A DNA stretch of 64,000 nucleotides, from positions 5,642,001 to 5,706,000 of the forward strand of contig OZ316775.1 in NCBI GenBank assembly GCA_973851085.1. Direction: 5' to 3'. A model generated the notes under the pieces. That model did no database searches and had not been told where the DNA came from. It saw only the letters and a program-made list of their open reading frames with translations. Below are positions 44,328-59,378 of this stretch, piece by piece. The stretch's first letter is position 1, and every line of letters begins with the position of its first letter. This stretch comes from Ptychomitrium polyphyllum. Lineage: Eukaryota. The translations under genes were made by a program, and so were the position numbers.

Positions 44328-46557
44328 TGGTAAATGTTTGACTCTCAACAAAGCTATAGCAAGGTAGTACCTGAAAAATGGGAATATAACCTAACAATAG
44401 TGACAAATCCCGAATTCCAATAATAAACCTACAAATCACAGCTGATTCCCATGCTCTGTAACCTTTGGTGACTTGTCATTGAATTTCAGCACGCACGGAC
44501 TGCTTCGAGGACCTCTCAAAAGTACATCCACTGAAAGGCTCTCGTCTACCACCGAACTCCTCCTAGTAACATATACTTTCTAAGGCCAAGTAGAAACGTT
44601 GCAGCTCTTATAAAGAACCTCAAATATACTACGCTGGCATTGAAATCTCATTGCGCATATCTCTGTGCACAAGATTGGCATCACGCCCAATATAGAGGGC
44701 ACATTACCAGATGATCATCGAATTGCCTTCCTGCATCCAGGTGAATATACCTCCAAGATACAGTCGCGTGAGGGTAACGTGGGATTTCTCGAGACGACAA
44801 GCCAGCTAACGTGTTCTTGGCCCCAATACTCAACTTTAAAACCAGCTCCAATCTGTATTGGATCATTCAAGCACATGCCCTCAACATCGTCCACAGGAAC
44901 TCTAGACTGGTCACACACACTCTATTATGCTAAGAACCGCGTTTCGTGCCAACTCTACACCGAAAGCTCAACCATCAGAGTGAGTGTCCTATGAGTGTCC
45001 TTGATCCTTAATGTTAAATTAATTATTGAATGAAACAACAAAACGAAGGTTCATAAATAGTATCATTTGTAATATAATGTACTTTTCTAATGAAAGCAAA
45101 AAGTCGAATAACTTAGATTTTCTTAATTGAATTATACATGTGTCTCTAATACTTTTCATCTAAATATAAGACCAATTTCTAAAATTGATTATTTTGTTAA
45201 TTGACAAGTCACCATTGACCTCACTTTTACCTTTTTGTTATGTGTGTTTGTGTTGGAACACTTAGTAAAATATGATGTAGTTTCACCTAATCCATTGGTA
45301 CTCATATGTTGATCCATAAACTTTAGAATTAACATCAAATTTCTTTGACGCAAAGACAACAAATATACAAATATTCCAAGTATAAATGTTTTTATAATCA
45401 AAATTGTGAGAATGAAATGTTGCTACATTGATGAAGCTTAGTGCAAGACTTAAAATAAAGATGCTACCACATATTCCCTCTAAACAAACTACTACATGAG
45501 TGACTCGCAATAAAAAAAAACTTCACTGAAACAAATCCTTCAAACATAAGAAATATCGCCAGACATAAAATGGTGACTGACACACTAAAAAACAAAGAAA
45601 ACGACTCAAACCCAACTGGATAATACGGTAAAAACCAACATCCACCAAAAACACACAAATAAACCAACAGTATGCATAAACACCTCCCCCACAAGCATTG
45701 GGAACGTTCCAGACCCACACCGAGGCGGCCACCGCAGCCGCTCCAAGCACCGAGCGACTCACCAGTTCCCACTGCCAGGAACCCCACCACGGTCAGAGGC
45801 CACGGTCACGGTACCGTAATAAACCACTCGCACATGGTAACTTGTCAGTAAACTGGGGGAGAACCGGTCGTCGTTAGTACGTCCTACTGGGGTCGCCCGA
45901 CAGGACGACCTCGAGTAACGGTGGTCGAGCCTCCCATCCACGGCCCTCACAACCCGACCCGCGATCCGACGGCGGAGGGCGCCCGGGAATCTACCACACT
46001 ACCAACCGGCCGCACGGAGGGCGCGGGCACAGGGCGGCCGGGTAGCGGAGCCAGGGCAGGGCAGGAGTGGCGTCACAAGAGGCAGGCCAGGCCAGCGAGA
46101 CTGGGGCCCGGAGGGGAGGGTGGAGGCGAGTTCATCAAAAGAAAAGACGACGAGCGCACAGGAGAGGTTGCTCTTGCAGCTACTGCTCGCTTTCTCTGCT
46201 CCGCTCGCTGTGCTCCACCTCCTCGCCTTCGCCTGGGGTTTCCTCTCCGCCCGCTCGTGCAGGCTCCCGCGAGCTCGCCGCGCTCTTATCGCGCTGCACC
46301 GTCCCGGTGCCGTTCATTTGCGCCACCTCTCGCGTGCTCTTGTGCTGCGTCGTGGTTGCTGTGTTTGATCGGTTGCGTGGGCGCCCGCGAGTGAGTCGTT
46401 CGGCCGGATCGAGAGTGGAGTTATCCTCTTGCGTGCCTCAGTTTGTGTCGAGCGTCAGTGGAGAGGTTGCGGAGAGATAGAGGGCCGTGCGTGGGACGCC
46501 GGAATTGAGTGAGGCTAGGGTTGGTGCGGCAGGAGCGTGCGAGCGCGTCTCGTTGAC

Positions 46558-48660
<2,103 letters not shown>

Positions 48661-49779
48661 ATTGCGAGGCAGCTCTGACAGATCATTGGCATGGGGAGTC
48701 ATTACATGCTGTTAGGGGAGGACTTGTTCTATGCATTTGTTCTTAAATGGGGAAGGTGAGATATGGTTGGTGGTTTGCAGCTGCAAGTCCAGGGGTGCCG
48801 GTTAGTCCAGGAGTTGCTGGCTGCAGAGTCCTGGTGCAAATTTCGACGTACTCTAGGTTTCAGAAGTGTGCTCTGGGGATCTAATTAGTCTAAGGAGGCC
48901 ATCAATCGGAAGCAAGCAGGGAGTGGTGACAAGATAGCACTCGATGATTTGATTGACTTCGTTTCTTGGACATCTTGTTAGGCGGAATATCAACGCGAGT
49001 ATAAATGTCTACCTCTCCCGTGGGTCTCCCGCAGGTTGAGGAGGTTGTAGGTGCACGTCTCCGCCGCTATTAAAGCTCTTCTGCCCTTGCCAAAATTGGC
49101 ATGTTTTACAGAGGGACCTTGCAAATCCTTTTATTTCACTCTTGTTTTGCTCTCTTTGTACGTAGTGGATGGACCACTACATCTCTTCATAAGAAATTCA
49201 TGTTTTGATGGGGTTACTTCAAGGCTTGCTTGAAGGCCCGAGTGAATACCTATACGCATCGTCTCCTGTGAGACTCGCCCTTATGTTCGAGTGAACGGTC
49301 CTAGTCTTTATGGATGAAACATACGGGTTTCGAGCTGCAGAGACCTACTTTTATATGGGCTGGTGTTTATTGTGCGGAGCATAGATGTTTGAGCTCTGAG
49401 TGGCGAGGTTTAGGGTCAGGGATATGCTGTTTTTTTGGCCAGCACGGTGTTTTTGAGAGGAGCTCTGAAAGGATATTGATGTGGGTCTGGATCGGTTTCA
49501 TATGTCGGGTTGCTTGAGCCTTTTTTCATATAGGGATTTTAGGTGGAAAGCCCGTGCATTGTTTACGTTCTTTGGCTGACAGTAGTTTCGCAAGTTGTCT
49601 TTGCTGCAGGGATTTGGTATTATATTTTCAGATTCATTATTCTTGAGTTTTTCTTTTCTCAATCTCAGCATTCTGTTACTAGAATTTTCTGTATCATTGA
49701 TGTATTAGATTTTTGCTCATAGTACGTTTCATAATAAGGGAGGTTGGTTGTGTATCTTATTTATTTAGACGAATGTGTG

Positions 49780-50690
49780 ATTAGAGGTTTTGCATAAAAT
49801 GTCTGAATGGAGGTTTGGCATAAGATGTCTAAGTAGAGGTTTAGCATATAATGTCTGAGTAGAGGTTTGGTATAAAATGAGTAGAGGTTTGGCATAAATT
49901 GTCTGAGTAGAGGTTTGGCATAAATTGTCTAAGTAGAGGTTTAGCATATAATGTCTGAGTAGAGGTTTGGTATAAAATGAGTAGAGGTTTGGCATAAAAT
50001 GAGTAGAGGTTTGGCATAAATTGTCTGAGTAGAGGTTTGGCATAAGATGTCTAAGTAGAGGTTTAGCATATAATGTCTGAGTAGAGGTTTGGTATAAAAT
50101 GAGTAGAGGTTTGGCATAAATTGTCTGAGTAGAGGTTTGGCATAAATTGTCTGAGTAGAGGTTTGGCGGTTTGGCATAAAATGTTTGGTATAAATTGTTT
50201 GAGTAGAGGTTTGGCATAAAATGTCTGAATAAGGTTTGGCATAAAATGTCTGAATAAGGTTTGGCATAAATTGTCTGGCAGAGTAGAGGTTTGGCATAAA
50301 ATGTCTGAATAAGGTTTGGCATAAAATGTCTGAATAAGGTTTGGCATAAAATGTTTGAATAAGGTTTGGCATAAATTGTCTGAGTAGAGGTTTGGCACAA
50401 AATGTCTGAGTAGAAGTTTGGCATAAAATGTCTGAGTAGAGGTTTGACATAAAATGTCTGAATAAGGTTTGACATAAAATGTCTGAATAAGGTTTGACAT
50501 AAAATGTCTGGCATAAAATGTCTGAGTAGAAGTTTGGCATAAAATGTCTGTCTTAATAGAGGTTTGGCATAAAATGTTTGAATAAGGTTTGGCATAAAAT
50601 GTTTGAATAAGGTTTAGCATAAAATGTTTGAATACAATTTTGGCAGAATTTTGGCATAAAATTTTTGGATAGAGTTTTGGCATAAATTTT
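49780..50690. repeat. Minisatellite array of 22-26 bp units (consensus GAGTAGAGGTTTGGCATAAA[A/T]TGTCT; variant GAATAAGGTTTGGCATAAAATGTCT), roughly 35 copies
   Basis: Read directly. It produces spurious repetitive ORFs in all three minus frames. Confidence 0.95.
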
Positions 50691-53124
50691 GTGAATAGAA
50701 TATGATATCATTGTATTGATGTTGTATAATGGAATGAAATATTGGATATATAAAGATTGCCACACAAACGAAATTGGATAAAACAAGTATTATCAATTTT
50801 GTAGTAAATAAAGTTAAATAGATAAACTTCACAAGAAATTGTCAAAGGAATAAATTGTCAAAGAATCCAAGAGTACAAGTGTGAGAAGTGTTAAGCTTTA
50901 CTAAATGGTTCTACTACCATCTCCAAGTAAAATCTCACAAGATCTTTCTCTCAGAACAACATAATCTGCTACTTTAAGTTCCTTTTAAGGCAAAGAATGC
51001 CAACCTAAGGGACTCTCTCTAATTACCACCTCCTCTAAGTTCTAAAAAAGTTCAAAAATCCAAGTAAGTTGGAATTCGCACTTAATATGAAAACTTCCTA
51101 AATTCAACTAGATTGCATCCATTTGACATGAAGTGGTATCTAATGCCACATCACATTATTCTATGAATTTAACAATAAAGAACTTAAATTTTAAAAATTA
51201 TTCTTGTATAATAAGATTTTATGATTAAGATTTTATGTTAAAAAACTTGAAATCAAAATCAATAAATTAAAAATAGACACTTTTATAAATAAAAATAGAT
51301 AGATTTTTACAAACTTTACTACAATATATAGAGTGGTCATGTATCATTGATTTGCCATTGTGTAAAGTCTATGGTGAGTTTATATTTTGCTAACATTGAA
51401 TGGAATTATCAAATTACATAAATCATTATTAAATATAATATCTAAAAAATAAAAGATCAAATTTCAATATATAAAAATTGTTCAATAATGAAATGTCTAA
51501 ATTGTTTATTATGCTTTTTCACATTTAAGTGAATTCAACAATGATATGCTTTTTGCATTTCATCAAATTGATGCACCATACATCAATTTTAATAACAAAA
51601 TAAATGTACAATACAGATATATTCTAAATCACCAAAAGAATGTTGTAGATAATATTGATTGTTTGAATGAAATTTATACTTTACAAATTTGTTAATATTG
51701 ATGGAAATAATATTTCATCTTAATTTAGAAATTTTATCAAATTTTTTACATCATCATTACTAGCCAAAAGTAAAAATAAAGCAATTTTTATATTTAAAAT
51801 TCATTATAAAAATTTACATTTTCATAGCTTTTACTTCAAACAACAATGACTTAATCATAAAAGCTTCTTAAGTAATAAAATTATTTTTGAAAACAAGCAA
51901 TGTATTTTTAAAACTTATGTGAAGTTAAAAAAATATGTATAAAAAGTTTATTAAATAATTGATTAATATAGAAAGAAGTAAGAGTAGAGGTAAATTAAAA
52001 GTTTTATGTTGATTGAACAATGTTTTTTACTAATATGTATACAAAAGTATCTTGGCTCCATAATTATTGCAAATTCATGAACAAATAATAAAAAGAAATC
52101 CTGAAAGTTTATGGATGTATGAAATTTTATATATAGGCATACACGACCATGCAAGGAGAGATAGAATAATGTAAAAAAAATGATAGTTTACTGATTATTA
52201 ATTAGATTATTATTCAAAAACAATTATTTATATCATGCCTTTAAAATACCAATTTATTATAATTGCACAGCTTCCATCTTTAACAAAACAATTTGGTTAT
52301 AAAAATTTAAATCAAATTTAAAGCTTTTGGAACCAAATTAAGTAACTAATATTATTAAACATCCTTCTATTTATAATTTCATCTTATTCTATATAAAAGT
52401 GTTATATTAATTAAAAAAGATATAGTATTTTAATTTTGATTTCTTCATTGGTAGGTTAATATGGCAAAATACAATGAATTTGTATCCATGATGTATTGTT
52501 CTAGATTTTACATTCTACAAATGCCTCTTTATTAACACATTTCTTGTCATTTTGACATAGAAATATGTTGTTAAAGCAAGTGTGTATCATGTTCCAAATT
52601 AGTTTGAAATTATTTTGATATAAAAATGAAGCACGTTAAAATAATAATAAAATAACAAGGTAACACAAAAATGAAGGCTATCTAAACAACATCAATGAAT
52701 CTTAAGTAAATTGATGTCAAAATGACCTCAAAGTAGCATATGTTAAAATCTAATAAATTTAACTGCATATATAAATTTTGTATTGTTTTGAAGTTAATAT
52801 GATATCACTTTGATGTATGTCATTTTAATGTCATTTTGACATTGGTTTAAATACTAGACAATATGATGTCATTTTAGCATCTTTTTTATTTATCAATCAA
52901 AAAACACAAGATACAAATACAATTATTTTTTTCAACTTTCTCATGATATATTTATTCCAATAGGAATCATAGTGGTATGCAATTAAATTATATTCAATAT
53001 ACAAAGTTGCATGCAGAAAACTCTGATGCCATCATCAATTTCATTTTCAACATAAAAATCGTCATAAGTATTAAAAAACTAGGCCATAAAGCCAAGTAAT
53101 GTATTCCATCATTCTGCATTGGTC

Positions 53125-53740
53125 ATATGGCACTTAGGAATTTATGGAAGCAGTTAGAATTCCCTAACAATTTATATTCTAAGTAAAGCAAGCGCATCTA
53201 TTCAACTTCTAGTATCTAAGTAAAGTCAAGGAAGTGTCATGCACCACTAAGCTTGCAAATTTCATAGTTTTACTGAGTCCATGATTTTCATGGTGGAAAA
53301 AAAATTGATTGTATTTACAAGGCTCGTGGAATGGAAGATGGAAAAACGGCAACTACAAAGGAGAGATTACATGGTTGGTCATACACATGAGAGAGGACAA
53401 AGAAAGGCACAAGAAGTGTTGTCATGGTGAAGAATGCCATAGCCATTGCAAAAAACATTGACTATGAGGTCATTGTGAGTAAGTTTGGTGAAGTTGAGAT
53501 TTCTATTAGGCTTTCCTTGTGTTGCAGATACTAAAGGATTTGGTGGAGGTGTTGCATGATTCATCAAAGGCGGTGTCATCATAAAAATCGTTGAAGGATG
53601 GGAATATAAAAGAGAGCATGGAAAAACTTTAGACATTGCTGAGGTTAGGATTAGATGTGGATGTTTAAGCGGGCATATTGTGGCATTAGAACAAGTAGCA
53701 AGTTGATGTCGGACTTGCAACCATAGAGGCCGTGCTATAG
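53125..53740 (-). repeat. Second copy of the unclassified repeat at 39929-40540; may extend further right
   Basis: Reverse-complement similarity to 39929-40540 over about 600 bp. Confidence 0.85.
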
Positions 53741-56700
53741 AATTCTTGTATTTGAATCGCAAATAGGTGATTTGTAATGAGATAAGAAGTGGTGTTTTTG
53801 GTTTTATGAGGTTTTATTTTGTAGGTGGTATGGTGCAATTTTAACAATTGGTGAGTAGTAGATTGTTGTCTTTGTAGTTGCTGCAACAACTTCAAGAATT
53901 GGTTGATTGTTGAGGCTTAAAGGTTTTAAAAGGGGGTGAATTGGATTGGAAATGGGATTGAAGGTGTTGATGCTATAGAGCCAATGGTTTGTAGTAGAAG
54001 TTGTTTGTGGTTTAATGAATTGGCACAATCCATGATATGGTAGTTCCATGTGTGTCATTATAAAGATCGAAAACATCACTAGACTTTTTTACATTGTCAT
54101 AATATATTTAATTGTATTGTTTAAAAATTGAGTAGTATTTGTTATTTGGTATATTTGGAAAAGAGTATTAGGAAAAAGAAATACTTAGATTAAAAAAAGG
54201 GTTGTCATAAAACCACGATTTTTATTTATCTTGGAGGTGGAACCACATCTTGTCTTAGCTCAGGGTGATTAGGCTAGTTGACTGTAGTTTTTCTTGCCTG
54301 CCATTTTTGCTAACAGTAGCAAGTTAAGTGCTGTCGTTCTACTCAACAAATCCGACAAGAATTGAACTTGGACCGATTTAGCAGCTGGAACTTAACCAAT
54401 CAACCAAGTTCTTGACTTGGTGCCTAATTCTACCTTGACAATGGTTTTATTTTTAACTTTTTTTTTGTTGAATTTCAATCTTTTTTCTACTTCTTTAAAT
54501 TATTTTAATTTTATTTAGTTTCTATTTTAGACTTTTGAGGGTTGATTTTATCTTCTTTGTAGTTGGAACTTAGAAGTTTCAACCAAAAGAAAGAAAAGAA
54601 AGGAATTTAGGTTGTATTTTATTTAAAAATATGGTTGGATAAGGATTTGATATAGGAGATTAGGAGCTGATGTGGAGAAATATAGCTGATGTGGAGTGAT
54701 AAGGGCCGATGTGGCGGTTGACCACCGCCTTCTTCTTCTCTATTGGGCTCTCCTACTAGAATAAGAAGGCAACCCTTCTTTGAGTGAGATCTTATAGTAT
54801 ACTTCTTATTTTGAGTTAGTTTTTGTTGGATTTTCTTTTTTTCTCTGTAAACTTTCCTAAAAACCATCACACGTTCCATTTGGAGTTAGTATGTGGCTGT
54901 AGTTTTAGTTTAAATAAAGTTAAGTTAGCTGCCTTGAATTTTTGACGGCAGCTATTTGAATGTTTGTAACTTCTTGTAGAAACATCTTTTGTAAGTGAAA
55001 TTTTGAGAAAAAGGTTCTAATTACTTTTAAAAGATTGTGTCAAATATTGGTGAGCATTGGACTTCTTGAGCAAAAGATACAAAGAATATGCAACCGGGAC
55101 TTAGAGAGCAGTGTATAGTAGAATTTGGAGTTGTACAATTTGAATCACTGTAGATGATGAAGGGATATCTAAGGTTGATCTTTTGACAAGGTCTTTGGGA
55201 TGAAATACCTATTATGTAGACAAAGTTTAAAAATTGAATTTGCAATAAAAGGAAAGTTATGAAGTGGTAAAGTGATAGGGGTATAGAAATTGTAGCAATG
55301 AAGAATGTAAAATTTGAAGTTTATAGATCTTAGAGGGTACTAAAGATTTAGCAACCAAAATTTATATGTAGCATACTGAATGTTTCAAGAAGGTTTTGTT
55401 AAATTTATAGATGCTTTGAATTATTTTGTTAGAAGTTATGATTTATTTAGCATTTGGGATTTTCAACGTAGCATAGTGGGAAAATTTGGGATAGAGTATT
55501 TGCTTCATTGGATGTAAAAATAAAAGCTCTTCATGCATCTTGACCTTGATCAATTAGATGCTAAAAAAGACCCTATATATTCTATAGCTACCAGTTTCAC
55601 CACAACAACGTGTTTTTAATTAGAGAGATGTAGCCTTTGTTTTTTAATCATGATATGATTAATAGGCTCCAAAATCAAAGAAAAAGTACAGTTTGCCGTG
55701 TGAAGGCAATCCATTACCTTTGTTTATGAATATTGAATTAATTTCAATGATGTGGATGAATGAGTGTTGTATGGATTTCCAGGCATTTCATGATGGAAAA
55801 GTATCCAATGTATATTACGGACAGAGTATCCACAAGATAAGGCTTCAGGATTCTAGGATGTGGAACAAAATAAGTCCAAGTATATTAGAGGTATAGAGCT
55901 ACAACAAGGTACAAAAAACAAGGCCAAAAGGTCTGAACTAGACCACAAGACATACGTTGTCAAAGACTAAAGATCCCTTCAACTTCAACTCCTACATATA
56001 TTAAAACTACAAGCCTTGGAAGCTTCTTGAAAAGCTTTACTTACATTGCTTCGTACTCAAGCAACCTTAAGTTGCTTCCTTGGAAGTTTCTTAGGCCACG
56101 GTAACTTCCTTGGAAGCTTTTTAATCGGAAGGTAATTTTCTTGAAAGCTTTTGATGTCAAGATAACTTCCTTAGAAGCTTTCTAAGCCTAAGGTAACTTC
56201 TTTGGAAGCTTTTTAATCTCAAGGTAACTTTCTTGAAAGCTTCCAAATTAAGGAAATTTCCTAAATCTTCTAAAATTTGTCTAGATTCCTTTAATATGTA
56301 TATCTGTGACATCACCTCCCCTTCTAACTCCAAGGTCTCCAAAGAGCATATTGCAACAAATGTTCAGAGTCTTAAAAAGTCAAATTTTTTTTTGCATGAT
56401 ATTTGCAATATACTCCAATTGGTTTTTTTAATTCAAATGGTTCATGGATCTTTGTAACCACTAATAGTGTCCAACGCCTTCTACTTGAAACCAATTATGA
56501 ACTTCCGTATCTTTGTTGTGAAAGTGTACTTCAAAAGTAACTTTTGTAAGCCGGCTGCACTTCAAAGACAATCACCAATGATCTATTGTTGGGTATCCTC
56601 TGACATTTTCTTGGTCCAATCTCTTTTTTATTACAAGGTTGTTGATGAGAGCCACTTGGTTGGGTTGATATCATTGGCATGGTATCCGCATTTTGATTGT

Positions 56701-56992
56701 CCATATATCTATTATATTGAGCTAGTCTCCAAAAACTATGACAAGCTTCAAAATACAAATAACTAATTTCTAAATTATGTCTTGGACTTTGGAAACTTAT
56801 GGTTTAGGAATTGCTTTATCTCTTACTTAAAAGCCTAAGCATCAAGAGCCTTCAAGTTTACAAAACCTTATCAAGCTACTATTCCATCTACTGCTATTTT
56901 TGGTTTAAATGGATGTTGTCAATGGAACTTACAAACTTTCACTAGTGAATTGGCAAGATTATTAGTTGGCTCTTATAAACGTTCACTGATAT

Positions 56993-57336
56993 TTTCATGA
57001 ATATAGATCATGCAACATAGCCTTTAAAACCTTCTAAAACCTTCTAGTATATTATAGTATCTTCTCAAAATAATTTCAAATGTCTCCATAGATTTCTAAA
57101 ACATTCTTAAGCCTTGTAAGAAGTTTTTTTAGAAGTATCCTAAGAGATACAAGCGTCATAATATAAATAGGAGGCAAGACGAGGTATTCTTTAGTCTTGC
57201 CAATATAAGTAGTGGATTATTTTGTATCCTGCCTTGTTCTAATCTTTGTATTAAGTTCTTATTATCCATTAGCTCTTTGGAAGTTAATTCTTGAAAAACA
57301 CTTTGTTTCTGCTTCTTGTTTCTTGTGCCACTAATA
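56993..57336 (+). mobile_element. Degenerate solo LTR (same family as 63030-63507) inserted in the chromodomain
   Basis: Collinear with 63030-63507 but lacking most of the internal repeat block. Degenerate TSD GATAT/GATGC. The chromodomain reading frame resumes on either side. Confidence 0.82.
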
Positions 57337-57820
57337 GATGCCATATCCGTGCCAATACACCAAGTATTCGAACTTTTCACATTTTATCCGCGACTCAAGC
57401 ACTTCTTCAACTTCAAATTGATGATAATTGTCGATTTCGACCACAGGTGGTGGCAGCTACCTTGGTCCAAGGATACTTGATTCCTTATACGTTTCTAAAA
57501 GTGAAACGTAGAAGACAGGATGTACCTTCATTGATGTTGGTAATTCCAAACAGTATGCCATGTGGTTGACTTGTTTTTCAATTGCAAATGGTCCCAACCT
57601 GCAATACTCTAGCTTGTTATATAACCTACTAGTTCTTATATTGCGTCAAAAGAGCCACATCTTCTCACCAACTTGGAATGGAGATTATTCCTTCCTTGTT
57701 GCATCTGCTACCGTTTTGTATTGTTTCCAAGTTTCTATTAGTTGAATCTTCCTGGTTGTTTGAAGCTTTGTCATTCTTATAAGAAATTCCTCTACTGCTA
57801 GATTTTTAGATTATAGAGGC

Positions 57821-58019
57821 TGTAATATATCCATTGTTGGATGATGTCCATAATTGGAGTAGAATGGTGTTTGTTAGGTGGAAGCGTGAATGGTGTTGTT
57901 ATAAGCAAATTTAGCCAATGTAACATATCCATTGTTGGATGATGTCCATAATTGGAGTAGAATGGTGTTTGTTAGGTGGAAGCGTGAATGGTGTTGTTAT
58001 GAGCAAACTTAGCCAATGT
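57821..58019. repeat. 98-bp tandem duplication within the integrase region
   Basis: ATATCCATTGTTGGATGATGTCCATAATTGGAGTAGAATGG..TTAGCCAATGT starts at 57827 and 57925. Confidence 0.92.
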
Positions 58020-58232
58020 CAAGTAGGAAGTCCAATCATCTTGATGGTAGTTGATGGTACACTTCAAATATTGCTCCAAGATCTGGTTGACTTACTCTAT
58101 TTGGCCATTGGTTTGAGGATGGAAGGCAAAAGAAAGTTTAATGTCCACTTTAAGGATTTCAAAGAGTGACTTCTAAAATCTTGATACAAACTGTGGTCCA
58201 CGATCCAATATAATATTCTTGGATAGTCTATG

Positions 58233-59378
58233 TGTCGTAATCCTTGTAATGTACCTTAGCAAGCGTCACGCGCGTCAACTCTGTACACCCCCACATGCAA
58301 ATGGTTAACCCCCATTCTCACTTTCCAAGTCTTTCTACCATTTCACTTAGGACACCCAATTTATTAGTAGCCAATGGTTAGGTGCGGACTTCTATTTATG
58401 TCCAAGGCCTCACTTGGTGTTACTCCCATTCTACACGGCCTAACCGCACTTAGTGGTATCTCCTCACCACCACTCATGATCCCTATGTGATCCTAAGATC
58501 AGCCCGGGCCATCATGGTGCCGGCGTGAAGACACCACCCCAACTTAGTGGTAACAAGCGTATCCTTTTGAACGTGCTAGTTCCCTCCGTGAAACCGGCCG
58601 TCCATTAGCTCACAATGGTGTGAAAGTCCCCGTGGTGAAGCCCCAACACTAGCTCCACCAACCGGGACTCACCCTTGGTCTCTATCGGGACACTAGGGGA
58701 ATGGGGAGGGGGACCAGCCCTCCCTTATAGTACTTTCTGTGGGATTCGGCAGGCCCCCTGGCCCTCTGTAGCTAGCTGAACCCCGACACACCTAAAGTTT
58801 TGGAAGACCACCCGATCTCCCTTGGGACTTAGCCGCTGGAAGCCTCCGGGACTCCCAGCGGACCTTTAGGGAGCCATATCTTCCTCATTTGGTGCCCGAA
58901 TGTATCAAGCAACCATTCCATTGTCATTTGCTCTTCGCGTAGATGCCGATAGACTCCTCAAACGTCCAATTTGAGTTAGTATTGTGGGAGATACGCCTCT
59001 CCCAAGGTTCGAGACTCCCGGGAAGTTCCTCCCTGGACTGTCCCACTCCAGTACAGTCACTGTGTGGGGCTGCCACACTCCAAAACAGCCCCTTGGCAAC
59101 CTCAACTTTGGGATGCCATAACTTTTAGCTCCCTTGTCCGATTTGGACAATCTTTAGCATTTCAAAATCAGCTCTTCGTGATTCTTCCAATGCCCGCCAT
59201 CTATCCCTTGTGGCCCTCGGTCTACATGGGCAAGGATGTTTCTTCCCCTTAGGGGTCCTTCCCATGCTAGGCCCACTCGGTTCCCCTCACTATCGGCGCC
59301 ACAAATCTCGGACGTCACTTCGGGATCCCCCTTGTGCCCTTAATGTTGCGGGCACTCCTCAATGAGAGGTGCACGATA
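58233..59378. mobile_element. 1,146-bp GC-richer insertion, most likely a solo LTR of another family, inside the integrase
   Basis: Perfect 5-bp TSD CTATG (58228-58232 and 59379-59383). Ends are TGTCGT...ACGATA (decayed TG..CA). Integrase FMNNVYCYH|RLSKNIILDRGPQF rejoins across it. Confidence 0.88.

Noticed and set aside
49765..50832. Long minus-strand ORFs (276, 199 and 206 aa) and a CRISPR-like look
   Set aside because: The same peptides recur in all three frames because of the 22-26 bp tandem unit. There are no unique spacers and the context is eukaryotic.
54712..54730. GC hairpin GGCGGT-TGACC-ACCGCC as a Helitron 3' end
   Set aside because: The nearest CTAG is ~25-30 nt away and no matching 5' end was identified.
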